Origin: Okamejei kenojei
Lineage: Eukaryota
NCBI GenBank assembly: GCA_035221665.1
Contig: CM069161.1
Span: forward strand, 21,266,001 to 21,330,000
Direction of reading: 5' to 3'
DNA: 64,000 nt
Shown: piece after piece, positions 49,543 to 63,080 of the stretch
Layout: each line of letters starts with the position of its first letter
Position numbering within the stretch: the stretch's first letter is position 1
Position numbers and translations under genes: made by a program
The notes under the pieces: generated by a model
What the model was told of the DNA's origin: nothing
Databases searched by the model: none
The model's input: only the letters and a program-made list of their open reading frames with translations

Positions 49543-51534
49543 ATAGAGAGTGTATAGTGAGAGCTTCCTTTTAGCAAAATTTAACAGCTAAATCTTGCCA
49601 TGACCAGCATCCACAGCTAAAGCACAACGTGTCATGAAACACCTGTGTCCTTTTGTAATTGGTTACAGACAAAAGGCAGAGACTAAAGTGAGTGAATGCT
49701 TTTTTTCCCAAACTGGAGCGAGGTATGCATTGGATTCTTTTAAGCAGTCAGTAAAAGAGACACGATACAACATTTAGTATGGTAAATAGGGAGTACAAAA
49801 GTAGCAGAAGCAGGAACATATAACAACTGAATTGGTTTAAAATTATAAGAGGAATTAATAATTTCAGCTTTGTGGTCAGACTGGAAAAACTGAAATTGAT
49901 ACTATAAGAGAATACCACATCAGATATATTCCAATTTATGAAAAAAAATAAAGGAGCAGGCATTTATTGCTCAAGGCCACAGATTTATAATAATTGATAA
50001 TAATTGTAGGGCTATCAAGTTTTGGAACACACCATATGAAAGACTGGTGGATGCAGATTTCAGAGAAACGTTCAAAAGCCATTTATTTGAAAATGACTAA
50101 TTTGGGGGAATTGCTGGGGTGTAGGACTAATTGGACAGCCCTTTCCGAGAGCTAGCAGAGTAATGATTAATCAAATAGCTTCCTTCTTTATTGCAAGAGC
50201 TCATGGTTATTTATCTAATACCTTTAATTTGAAAACACTGAATTATTGAGATTTCACCTAAATCATCCAAAATAATTGCACTGAAAGAAATAAATTGAGG
50301 AGATTTAATTTTAGGAGACTATTTACATCTTGTATAGAGTTTATCCCCATGATCATCTGGTTTTACCTTATCAGAGGCATCATACTCTCCCTACAGCGAA
50401 CAAGCTTATTTTGCTTCTTTCCTAGCTCTGATGAAGAGTCTTCGACATGAGATATTGACTCTTTCTTTTCCTACAGATATGGCTTGAGTATTTCCAGCAT
50501 ATTCTGAATTAATTTATTGGGAATTACATAAACTTGAGAGGACTGCATACCAAAATCTATTGATGGCATACCAATCATTGAATAGACAGGAGTTAGATGT
50601 CAAAAGGATGAACATGGTTCAGGAGGTGGGTTAGTGTTATTGATGACAAGAAATATAAAACAATAACAAAACTCTGTTGGTTCATATTTTGACTTGAATA
50701 ATCTCATTTAAGACAAGTTCATTCCTAAAAAAAAACCAATTTGGGATTTGAATTCAGTCCATAGTTTCCCTGCATGGACAGATAGAGCATGCAATAATTG
50801 TTTTTTAAAATCAATAATTACCCACACATCCAACAGAACAAATAACAATATAATAAACACCTAGAATGTGAACCTAACTTCCACAATTTGAAAATAAATA
50901 AACAAGTGAAATAAGTACTTTTTTTTTAAAGGTTTGGTTTGAAACGGTCAATTCCAAGGAGATCAGCTGAGGAAATTATGTTCTATGAGTTACAGATATA
51001 AAGAGTGCAACAAGCCATAATTAGTACATTGCTAAAAGTGAGGCACCCTGGGTTTGTGATGCCATCTTTACCAAAGTTAAATTCAGTTTCCTAAGAACCA
51101 GGCTAAATAAATCTGCGATATCAATTTCTCTGAAAAATTAATTGCTCAGTATTTAAAGATAACGTTATCCAAAATAACGATGCTAATTTAAATTGTTCAA
51201 AAATACTTCAAGATTGACTGCAATGCAGAATTAGAACACTAATTTATCATCCAAATTTGCAATCAATCAGACTGATCAGCTGAATGTTTTTTTTTAAATT
51301 ACATCCATAAAGTTCTTAACTTGAAGTTCAATTCAGGTTGTATCAAAAACCCACTGATCGAATTACTGCAATAGTAAACGTTGCACCAATGTCATCAGAG
51401 AATAGAATGTAAAGTTGTGATTTAGTACGTAACATCAGAATAGATTTAGAGATGGGTGCTTCACCCCAATCTTAATTACTTTAGATTGGAATGATTGGTA
51501 TAATTAACAGTACTCTAAAAGAGAGATAATAACC

Positions 51535-51713
51535 CATTATCTGTTATTTGCACTTGATTCATTTATTTATTCATGTGTGTATATATTTATATATGGTATA
51601 TGGACACACTGATCTGTTTTGTAGTAAATCCCTTCTATGTTCTGTGTGCTCAAGCAAAGCAAGAATGTCATTGTCCTATCAGGGACACATGACAATAAAC
51701 TCACTTGACTTGA
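51535..51713 (+). mobile_element. Rex1/Babar LINE 3' UTR fragment
   Basis: gcaaagcaagaatgtcattgtcctatcagggacacatgacaataaactcacttgacttga matches the tail at 56314-56367. Confidence 0.65.
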
Positions 51714-52529
51714 AGCTCAACCTCAAAGAAAATATTAATTTAGACTGTAAAAGGAATAATAGTTAATAGGTAAATTAATACTACCAACAATACTCATTGT
51801 TTGACATTTTAGCATAATTATGATGTTTTAATCTGCAATGGAACTAGGACCAATAATACAGCATAGCTAAGACATCTTAAACATTTACAATTTTCTGAAT
51901 ACAGTAGTGTGGCTGTCAACTTTATTTTAATCATATCTACTGAAACAAACACAAGTACCACAAATACAATTAGGTATTTACATTGATTGACAATGAGCAG
52001 AAGTTTACTTGCATTTATTCTGTAATGAGAGGGTGAAAGGGAATTTCCCCAATACTTTGCCCATAACACCCAATACGCTTGCCATTGTATTTTGAGATCA
52101 GGACATGATGCTGTCAATCCTCTGAAACACTTAACTATAATACTTAGTCCTTTCCTCTGATACAAAACCAATACCAATTCCTTCATCTCACACGGTCAAA
52201 TTATGGTGCAGAGCAGACATACTCCAGCTTTGACCTCTAATTATTGCACTTTGTTTTTGGAATCGTTACTGTAAGCCCATACTAAAACTAAACTAAAAAT
52301 AAAATATCAATAGAGCATTAGTTATTGTTTGCTAATACAATAATTGTAGCCCAAAGTAATCATGAAAAGTCGAAGGGGATCAGTAGACCACAGGTGTAGA
52401 TATTGGATTTGCTTAGAGGCGGAATGTTGTCAATAGTTATCGTAATTTGTCCATATGACCTTCTAAATGAGAACATTTGATTGCTGACTTTGTATGGAAA
52501 TATTTTTCAAATCCAATATAACCAAGAGG

Positions 52530-52830
52530 TTGATTGATTGAATTGATTGAACGGTACAGTGTGGAAACTTGCCGTTCAACCCACCAAGTCCATATCGTCC
52601 GCCCATTCACACTCGTTCTATGTTATCCCACTTTTGCATTCTTCTTTACACACAAGGGGGAATTTACAGTGGGCAATTAATCCACAAACATACGTCTTTG
52701 AGATACAGGAAAAAACTGAATGCCTGGCGGAAACCCACACGGTCACAGGGAGAACGTGCAAACTCCACGCACACAGCATCCGAGGGCAGGATCAAACCCG
52801 GGTCTCTGGAGCTGTGAGGCATCAGCTCTA
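52530..52830 (-). mobile_element. tRNA-derived SINE (HE1/V-SINE-like)
   Basis: Minus strand cctcacagctccagagacccgggtttgatcctg...tgtgcgtggagtttgcacgttctccctgtgacc, with a (caat)n tail. Confidence 0.8.
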
Positions 52831-53029
52831 TTCTTATCTAGCTCTTTTAAAAAATGGTTAAACAGGCCATCTTGTTTGCATTATGCTAACTGCAATTACA
52901 GCCATAATTGCTGGAAGTATATTGCAAAAGACACAATTTACAAAATTGCATGGACCCAGGAATTTAACGCATTCACCTGCGTAAACTATCTGTTTTGTTT
53001 CATAAGCAAATCCCTAGGAGCTACAGGAG

Positions 53030-53760
53030 TATACTAAAGAAGGAAATCATGAGGGCAAAAAAATGATATGGAACAGCATTGGCAAAAAAGATCAAGGAGA
53101 ACACAAAGAAAATTTTGAAGTACATTAAGGAAAAAAAAGTAGCGAGCAAAGTATGTGGAGTCACAGGAGATGGGCGAGATCCACAATCAATATTTCTACT
53201 CTGGTGTTATGGTGGGGAAAGATATACAAAGAACTCGGGAAAGTTAATGGGGATGTCTTGCCGATAACCCACATTATAGTAGAGATGCTGCACATCTTAA
53301 CATTTATAAAGGTAGATAAATCTCCAGGACCTGATGAAGTGCACCCAAGAACACACACGGGAGCTAGATAAGAAATTGCAGGAGCTAAGCATCATCATTA
53401 GCCTTGAGTGAGATGCTGGAAGACTAGAGGGTGGATAAGAAATCAGTCATCCTTAATTCCTTTTGCTAAGAATAACTGCAAAGAAAAACATGTGAAGAAA
53501 ACTGGTAAACCACCATGACATTACAATACGTGGAAAGGCAGTGAGGTTACAGCAGGATCTTGATCAGCTAGTTATGTACTGCGAGGCTTGGCAACTGGCA
53601 TTTAATTCAGATAAGTGCGAGGCATTTGGGGGAGTCAAACTAAGATATGACTTTTATAGTGAATGGTAGGGGAGTGTTGTAGAACATGTCAATTACAAAT
53701 TTCCCTGAAGATTGTGTCACAGGTGGTCAGGGAGCTGAAGGAAGTTTTGTGGCCTAGATG
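53030..53760 (+). mobile_element. Degraded CR1 LINE fragments
   Basis: LAKKIKENTKKILKYI and IKVDKSPGPDEVHPR are typical CR1 pre-RT motifs. LQQDLDQL...W-like segment at about 53548. Confidence 0.75.
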
Positions 53761-53782
53761 CCTTCAGTCTACTATAAGGTCA

Positions 53783-53957
53783 ACACAAAATGCTGGAGTA
53801 ACTCAGCGGGACAGGCAGCATCTCTGGAGAGAAGAAATGTTGACCCAAAATGTCACCCATTCCTTCTCTCCAGAGATGCTGTCTGCTCGCTGAGTTACTT
53901 CAGCATTTTGTGTTTACCGTCGATTTAAACCAGCATCTGCAGTTCTTTCCTAAACAT
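53783..53957. mobile_element. Fold-back Penelope-3'-end insertion with 10-bp TSD
   Basis: acacaaaatgctggagtaactcagcggg...ctctggagagaag and its reverse complement are about 20 nt apart. tataaggtca flanks at 53773-53782 and 53958-53967. Confidence 0.85.
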
Positions 53958-54715
53958 TATAAGGTCATCAGTTATATGAGCAGAAATTGACCTATCGGCA
54001 CATCGCCATTCAATCTTGGCTGATCTATAGCTCCCTCCTAGCCCCATTCCCCTGCCTTCTCCTCGTAACCCCAGGCACAATGCCACTGTCACACCAGTTT
54101 ACATGCACTTTGTCCATGGGACTGATGTGCCTCAATGCTGAGAACTATATTCTGCACTATATATATTCTCCTTTGCTCTATCCATTGCACTTGAGTTTGA
54201 CTTGATTGTATCGATGTATAGTATATTTGACCTCTTTGGCTTGGTTGCAAAACAAAGCTATTCACTATACCTCGGTAAATGAGACAATAATAAACCTAAA
54301 TTGATAATAAATGCATCACTCAAATTGCATCTGCAATTTAGTTCTTTAGTCCTTATTTAGACCAAAGTTGTGACGATGTCTGGAGCCAAGTGGTTCTGGT
54401 GAAATCTAGAGCATTGGTTTGCCAGTGCCACATGCGTGCACTATCAATGACACTTTTCAACACCATGCCAACTCTATAAAAATTGATTAAGTGATCACAC
54501 ATCTCAAGCAATTTGCTGCAGCATTTGTCAACATAACAGTGACAAGTAATTTTTCTGAAAGGCCTCGAAGGCACAACTAACAGATGTAAAAATGCAAAAC
54601 ATATTTCTCATTCTATTAAATTCTCCTGTTACTACTATACTCAAAGTAAAAGAAAAATAAACTACTAAATTGCTAAAAATTGGTCAACTTGTTCAATGAG
54701 TGTAAGGAATGAGTG

Positions 54716-55319
54716 CAAAACCAAGGAACTGATTGTGGACTTCGGAAGGGGTAGGATAGGAATCCAAAATCCCGTTTATATCAAAGGAACGATGGTGGAA
54801 GGTCAAGAACTTCAAATTCCTGGGCGTGCATATTTCCGAAGATCTTTCCTGGTCCCAGCACACTAATAAATCATAAAGAAGGCACATCAGCGCCTCTACT
54901 TCCTGAGAAGATTACGGAGAGTCGGTATGTCAAGGAGGACTCTCTCGAACTTCAACAGGTGCACAGTAGAGAGCATACTGACTGGTTGCATCGTGGCTTG
55001 GTTCAATAACTTGAACGTTCAGGAGCGGAAAAGATTGCAGAAAGTTGTGACCACTGCCCAGTCCATCATTGGCTCTGACCTCCCCACCATCGAAGGGATC
55101 TATCGCAATCGATGCCTCAAAAAGGCTGCCAACATTATCGAAGACCCACACCATTCTGGCCACACACTCATCTTTTCCATCGGGAAGAAGGTACAGGAGC
55201 CTGAAATCTGGAACTTCCAGGTTCAGGAACAGCTTCTTTCCCACAGCCAACAGGCTATTAAACTCGCCATCAAACAAACTGAACTATAACAACCTATTGC
55301 ACTTTATCTGTTTATTTAT

Positions 55320-55360
<41 letters not shown>

Positions 55361-55385
55361 GGTCTATGGTAACGCCTGTTCTGTA
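54716..55385 (+). mobile_element. Rex1/Babar LINE 3' fragment (tail resumes at about 56290-56367)
   Basis: TKELIVDFG..., FKFLGVHISEDLSWSQH, KKAHQRLYFLRRLRRVGMSRRTLSNFNRCTVESILTGCIVAWF, PSGRRYRSL, RFRNSFFP are Rex1/Babar RT C-terminal motifs. Confidence 0.85.
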
Positions 55386-55387
55386 TT

Positions 55388-56285
55388 ATCAATCAATCAA
55401 TCAATCAACCTTTATTGTCATCTTGCAAAGCAACAGTTGTACAGTGCAAAAAGAGAAGACGTTTCCCAGGAAATACCAGAGCATCGCACATAAAGCTTAA
55501 ACATTTCACACAAAAATAAAAACAATAAAAAAGAATCCAGTCACTTATAAAAACAAGACGAATAGTTAAAAGTGCAGGTAAAAAAACCCAACAACATTAA
55601 AATACAAGTAAAAACAGTCATAAATTGTCCAGGGCAGCTGATTTAAGTGGCCAGTGCCAGAGTTTGTTATTAAAATGTCAGTGCAAAAAGGCAGCAGAAT
55701 CAGGTGGAGTGACTGGTTAGCAGCCTCACAGCCTGTGGAAGGAAGCTGTTTAGCAGTCTGGTTGTCTGGGCTTTGATGCTACGGTATCTCTTGCCTGATG
55801 GCAGGAGATCCAGATGTGTGTGGAGGGGGTGCAGACTGTCCTTTGCAATGCTCAGTGCTTTTTTCAGGCATTGGCTCTGGAACAGTATTTGTACCAAGGG
55901 TAGGGAGACGCCAATGATCCTCTCTGCTCCCCTCACTACCCTCTGCAGAGCCTTTCTATCTGAGCAGTTGTAGTTGGAGTACCATATGTTAATGCAGTAC
56001 GCGAGTACAGACTCCACCGTGCCCCTGTAAAAAGTCCTGAGGATGTTGGTGGGGAGTGAGGCCTGTTTGAGTTTCCTCAGGTAGTGCAGTCGCTGATGGG
56101 CCTGTTTGACAATCCCAGTGTTGTTCCTGGACCAGGTGAGACTGTCTGTGATTTGCACTCCGAAGAACTTTATGTTCTCCACTCTCTCCACCGTGGTGCC
56201 ACTGATGTTGAGGGGTGTGTGTTTGGGCTGTGACCTCCTGAAGTCGACAATCATATCCTTGGTTTTGTCGACTTTTAATTCTAAG
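55388..56285 (-). mobile_element. Second Rex1/Babar subfamily fragment nested in the 3' UTR of the first
   Basis: Open frame 55700-56285: LELKVDKTKDMIVDFRR...QRLHYLRKLKQ...FYRGTVESVL...LPSGKRYRSI...NSFLPQAVRLL. 3' end tgacaataaagg(ttga)n at 55388-55420. Confidence 0.85.
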
Positions 56286-59200
56286 TTATGTTTACATATT
56301 CCGTTGTGCTGCAACAAGCAAGAATTGTCCTATCTGGGACACATGACAATAAAACTCCATTGACTCCTGACATGAATAATAATGGGGGTGTTGAGGAACA
56401 GTTGGTGCATTAGTTGTTTCAGAAAATCCACACAGAATTAATTGACTCAATTCATTTTCATTAAGATTTTGATAAAATAGGATGGATACCCCAGCATCCA
56501 GACTACAAAAAATGAACATCAACATGTCCTTTTTCTCCTTTAACACCACTTACAAAAAATAATCATTGTATTGGTGATGAGACAGCAGGCCTTCAAATAT
56601 GCTTCATTAACCATCCAAAGTGAGCGGCCTTTTGCACAGGGGCATTCTACATTTCAATTAATATTAGTGCAATGGATCGTCTGGATAACATTATTAATTT
56701 AGAAACTGGGAGGGGAAAGGACTCAAGATGAATGAACATCATAAGGAAACAAATTTTCTGAATTATTTCTTTTAAACTTTATATGCAATGCTGCACGGAA
56801 AGTCTCAGCGATTATTTATAAGGAAAAATTATACTAAAATAGCAACTACATATATTCAGTACAAACAAGTCTTTCTGAAAACGGAAACTGTCTAAAACAC
56901 CTATTTTATAAAAATATTTGTTCTACCTCTCTTAAAACAGTACCGGGTATATTTGTTATTGCATATTTTCATGTCAGCCCTTGAAATATTTAGACAATTG
57001 AGCAGTGAAGCGAGGTAAACAGGGAGAAAGACCTTTTCAAACATCAGCTACATGCTGTGTTAGTTGATGATGTATGGTTTACAGTATAGTGGCATGTTAC
57101 AACGGGTGGAAAGGAAAAATAAAATCATCCAGCATACATGCTCTCAATTACCATCAAGTGTACCTACTCAAAGAGCTTTCATATGAATCACTCAAGGAAG
57201 AGACTGAACCTGGCTGATGTGCTCTGCACATTTGATCATCGTTTAACGCATATGAATGGTAATTGATTAAGTTTTTGCACCTTTTTGACATTTGTTCTCA
57301 GGGATGATGTCAACATCTTCAGAAAGAGGGAAGGACGAAAACTGGCAAAGAAGAGGGAAAGGTGTTGATAGATGTTCAAGTATTTGTTTACTATTAAAAG
57401 ATCTTAGTATATTTGAAACTAACATTGTCATTAATGTAAACCGTCTGAAATGTGTCACATATCAACTGCTAAATATATGTATCTCATAGAATTATGCCCA
57501 TGCAAATCATGAAACCTTTCCTCATGATTTCCAATCAAACTAATTTACTATAATGAAATCCAATTGATAAAGATTTTTATTCTTGTTGTTATTCATTTGT
57601 CCTGTATTTTCACTTATTTATTTAATCAGTAACTGCAGCACAGATGGGAATAGCAAATTCCTATCCACAGTTTCCTCTTTTACTGTTCAATAAAGTTACT
57701 TCTGACCGAAAAAAAGACACATAGTGGTGGAGTAACTCAATGGATCAGGCAGCATCTATGGAGAACATGAACAGCTAATGTTTCAAGTCGGGATCATTAT
57801 TCAGAAAAGTAAAGGTTTCTTCCAAGATTACATGCCATCTGGGCAACACTTTAATAAAACTCCCTAATTTTGTGTTGGTTAGTTAAAAAGGATGTGTAGA
57901 GTTAAGAGTTATTGGTCTTGGACTAGAAAGCTTTCTCTTCGTTTTATTGTTAAAAGGCAGCTCTCAGAAACACGTCCTGAGTCTTCAGTAGTAAAAAATC
58001 TGCGATATTCAATGTTCTATGTTTATGTAAAAAATGAATCCAAAATTGTAATATATGGTTTTCAAGGAATAAATAAGGACTTCTTGACTTAAAAAGGGTT
58101 ATCCTTATGGGCATGTCCCACTTACGCGACTTTGTCGGTGTAATAGGTTGTTGCAGGTCGCCAACGATAGACGCTAGTTCAAATTTCAACATGGTAATTA
58201 ATTAATTTAAATTCAGGTTACCAAAATAATTTGGTAAAGCTGATTTGAGCAACTATAACCATGAAAATATGAGAATATTATACAAACCAATCTGATTATT
58301 TTATGGCTATCAGCATAGGAAATCTGTCTCCTTCGTTCAGTCTTGCAATTGTGAGATTCCAGACTCAATGTAGTTGACCCTTAAATGTATCCTCATTTCA
58401 GAAAAATAATCAAGTTCTCCCAGGCAATATTGGTGCAACCAAAGCTGGTTGCTTTTCAATTAACTGGGAAATAATGAGAATTAAAAAAAATCCTATTGCT
58501 TTTCAATTTTGTTAATAAAACATATTCTCATCACATCTACATCTCAACGTGAAAGTACTGTTGTAAGAAATCGGTTCAATTGACAATTACTACAAGATAT
58601 TTTTTCGAACTATTTAACTATCGGCAGCTCTGACACCTTTTAGCCAACAACGGCCCTATGAAAATGATAAAAAAAATCGATCACCTTATTATTAATGTCA
58701 TTATTATTATTGGAATCTGAGATATCAGCTGTTAGGTGTTAAAAGTGTATGCAAGTTCAGGGATCACTGTTGCCCAATTGACCATGAATCTTGTGCCAAA
58801 TTCTACATTCCTCTGTGATTTGGGCCACCTATGGTAGGCACCCCAAGGCCCCTGGATAGATACCACCAATGCAATGTCTACAAAATATTTACAATTATTG
58901 GCAGGATAAGCAGGAATTTACAATATCACCATAAAGGTAGTCATATTTAATATTTATCAGACATGCAAACGTGATCATTGATGTGTTTTGTGTGGAAATG
59001 CAAGAGAAGAAACAACCAATAGCTTATAGAACACTGGAATAATTAAACATAACAGCATTACTAATTACAATTAAAATCATTACACCATATTGCCTTGACC
59101 AATAGATGTGCGAGGATTAATTTTTGAGTTGATGCAAAATACAAACCTTTCACTACTTTGGTGCTTTTACAGTTTTCCTAATTTTATTTAAAGCCACAGA

Positions 59201-60645
59201 TTTTTACACAACAGTTACATTTAAGTGGCAGGATACTCCCCCACAATTTCTCATCCCAATATTAATCTCTGGATCAATTAATCTCTGGATAATATTTCTC
59301 CAACATGCCATTGGTATGTTGGAGAAATATTAAATTATTTCAGTTCCTCACAAAACTTAGAAAACAATGGAATGTGCGCAGTTTTCATTAACATCTGATA
59401 AATTAAAAAGCTACACTGCAGGAATACATCAAGTTTTTGAAAGAAGCTTCATCAAGAAGCATATTCACACTTTTACTAACATCTCTAAGACCTTCTTTGT
59501 TAACAACCATTTCAACAATTTTGTGGCTGAGCTTCTCATTTGGTCCTTCGCATCCACCAATACACCATCAGCTCTTTTAAACTTACAATCATGCCAGATT
59601 GAGAAACAACTGAAAAAGATGACAGGAAAGGTCCACATTATTTTCTGACCAAGAAACGCCTGCATTAAATCAGTTTATATAGTCTCAACTCAGTTTCTAG
59701 ATGATGAATGCAAAACTGAAATTTGTACTAGATGTAAACAGAAAATAAAAGCTTTGCCACTTTTGTTGTAGAACATTTAGTTGTTTTTCGTTGGGTTGGG
59801 TTTAACACACATAATTAGCTGTTACAACCAACCTAGATGGCTGGATAATTAGCAATATCAGACATAACACTGATGAAGTTAGAAAAATATTGTATTTACA
59901 GAATATTTACAGAAAAATCCATATTTTTTTGCAAGACAGATGGCAAATTATTTAACTGCATATTAATAATCTACATAATAAAAATATTATATTTATTAAT
60001 TAACATGGTTAATGGAGGTTGCAAATCTCATTTACACTGGGCTTCTGAAAGACTGAATTGGAAAAAGCAATATTTGGAAAAAGCTGTATTCAGGAAAATA
60101 GTGGCCAGGAAAAAAATTAAATATTATTAAAAAATAATGTCAAAATGCAAAATCTAGTATATGATGGGTGGAATATTTATCATAAACTCTGCTTCATTAC
60201 CCAAATGATTTGAGTTGGCCATCTCAGTACACTTACAGTAATAGGTGGGGTGGGAGATTACAACCTTCACGTGGTCCACCCTGTATCAACAAGTGCAATC
60301 AACCTGGCGTGCACAAACAGAAGATCAAACAGAACAAGTTGTCTTACATGCTGTGTATGGCTGTGCACACCATATGCAAGAAGAAGAACAGTAATGGGTG
60401 AAAATAATAATCTTCCATTACCTTCTCAGGGTTAATTTGGAATTGATAATAATTGAGAGCAACATCTACTAGACAAGAGAATGATAGGATAGCAACGTTG
60501 ATATCTTGAGAACCATTTGTCAAATTACAAAATCTAATTGATTTTTAAATTGACCTGAACTATTACGTGGAAGTTGTGTAATCCAAAGCATTGCATTCCA
60601 TTTGGAGACGGTTCATCCCTCAGCACTCAAAATGGCAGCTACAAT

Positions 60646-61485
60646 TTGGATTTTGGATTTGGATTCAATTTATTGTCATTGTCTTCAATTAAGAGACAAC
60701 GAAATACTATTTTCCTCACAGTCATACAAATAAAAAAAACACGAAACACAGAACACAGTAGTCCACCACACAAACATCCCCACAACAGCACCAAAGTTCC
60801 CCACTGTGAGGGAAGGAACCAAAGTCCAGTCAACCTCCTCACTGATGTTCCCCAATGTTCACCCATGGTCGTGGCCTCCCGAGCCCCCCGCAGTCGCCCA
60901 TACGGGCAGCCCGATGTTCAGGCCCTCTCGCCAGGAACGATGGAACCCCGACGTCGAAAGGTAAGACATCCTCAGCTGCCTGGACCTCTGAATCGGCCAC
61001 CTCCCACTGGAGTCCGCGGCTCCCTAAGTCCACAGGCCGAGCTGGCGACCTCCGACAAAGGGTCTCACGACTCCGCGATGTTAGTCAGCGCCGCCCGCGT
61101 TGGGAGCTCTGCGAACCACAGCTCCGCGATGTCGATGCAGCAGGCCCAACATTCCGGAGCTCCAAACGCCGATCCCAGGTGAGGCATCGCCCGCTCCGTG
61201 ATGTATCCAGCTTTCCGCCGCTGCTGCTGAAGCTCCGGTCGGGCCCGGTAGGAAAGGCTGCGCCAATCCAGTTGGTAGGCTGTGAGGAGGGGGGGGGCGA
61301 GGGCGCGACTCGGATAATAGTCGCGTCCTCGCCAGGATGTGACTGAAGGACGGTTTCCCCATTACCCTACCCTCTTCCCCCCACATAAAACACCCCCCAA
61401 AAAACTAAAGAGCATACTTTAAACATAACAAAAAATAAAAAAGATACCAGACTGAAGGCGGAGGAAGCAAGTAACAGCGCCACCG
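60646..61485 (-). mobile_element. GC/CpG-rich non-coding retroposon with Rex1-type 3' tail
   Basis: Sharp GC-rich block. The minus strand ends atttcgttgtctctt...caatgacaataaattg(aatcca)n, like the Rex1 tails in this window. No RT motifs and no clear tRNA head. Confidence 0.6.
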
Positions 61486-62936
61486 GATGTCCAGATGTAC
61501 AATGTTACTCGTTTTATGCAGTGTTTCCTGATGTCTGATCAAAGTGACAACAATATGACTTTTCAAGCAAGACTTTATCATCTGGTGTTTTCATTTAACA
61601 AAGGGCTTAATTTCTTGCTCACATTTAAGCTCACAGAATTTGAATGCTTTGAGAAAACCATTTAGCCATAAGCAATTTTAAAATAAGGAAATACTTTCCA
61701 AGTATGTTCATTCTGTGCTTCTGAAGAACCATGTTCAATCCCAGTCTCAAAATTCTTATCCTATATGGTCGCCAAACAAAAGTTTAATATTCTGCTGCAG
61801 CCCATTTTTGGAATGTAAACTAAGGTTGCGTAATCATGTCTAGCTCACAGCAGCACAGCAGCACCAATTACAAAGCAGCACACTTGGGGGATTAATAAAT
61901 TCTACCTTTAGATTGTTTTTCTGCCCATAATTCTCTAGTCTAGTAGATGAGTGCAGAGTAAAATACATATGGAAAATAGTGCCTCACTCTTACACATCCT
62001 TATGTCTTCACTCCAATACCTGTTTTTTTTCCTTCTCAGTTCCATCTTTTCTCTCCAGTAACTTATTCCTTCAAAGATTGCACTTTGTACTGACCTACAT
62101 TTTCCTTTTATAAAGTTGCTGGAAACTCAAGGATTGTTATAACGGAACAAAAGCTCTTTGAATACACAAACCCAGTGCATTTTCTTATATGAAATCTATC
62201 AACATCTACCTTTTTGAATTTCAAAGTTGTTCGAAGGATGTCTTCTGCTCAAAAACGTAAACAGAAATTTCTATCAATCCATTTTGAGAAAGTGGATACA
62301 CCACACACAATCAGGTTTCTTAATCCAAATTGGATTCAGTTAAGCTGTGGCTGAAAAGATCAAGCCTAAGCATTTGGCTGTGACTGAGCTCTTCAAAAAA
62401 AACTACAACAGCAGCAATAAAAGTTTAAAACTCAATTTGCTTTATATTTTGGTATATTGGATTTTTTTATTCATAAAACTTTTGTTGGGTTATGACCATT
62501 ATATTTTGGTCTGCCTTCATTCTGAGTTTGGAAATTTCTGTTGTTTAGCAAAATGGCAATTTTGAAAATAATTCAGAAGTATTGAGTTAAGGTATTTCTA
62601 AATGAGGTAAATGCTAAAAAGAATGTGCAGCAAAATAGACTACTTTCCAAATACAGATTGGCTCATGTCTGTGCCTTTGTATGTGAAAGTCTTCTGTGGA
62701 ATTAGGGTCAGAAGCTCGAAGAAAACTAGATTAGGGATCAGAGATAATCAAGCTCCCTATTTAAAGGTGCACATTTATAATAAAGATAACAAAATGCTTA
62801 CGTCCTCAATCATGGTAGTAAAACCTACTTTGTTAGAATTGCACCCTCTGGACAACGAGTAGTAAAATGAGTGAGACATACTAATTTATGAATTTGCAAA
62901 TCAGAAATTCTTAAAAAGCAAATTGCTTTAGGAATA

Positions 62937-63080
62937 GACACAAGGAACTGCAGATGCTGACATTTTGAGCAAAACGCAAAGTGCTGGTGGAATTCTGAAA
63001 AGCCAATTGGTCAGAAGAAGGGTCCTGACCTGAAATTTCACCTGCCCGTTCCCACCTTAGATGCTTCTTGACCCGCCATT
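62937..63080. mobile_element. Degenerate inverted Penelope-3'-end pair
   Basis: ggaactgcagatgctg...caaagtgctgg (minus), then cagaagaagggtcctgacctgaaatttcacc (plus). tttaggaata occurs on both flanks. Confidence 0.6.

Noticed and set aside
60574-61386. ORFs of 202, 163 and 101 aa
   Set aside because: No recognisable domain, and they overlap on both strands within a GC-rich repeat.
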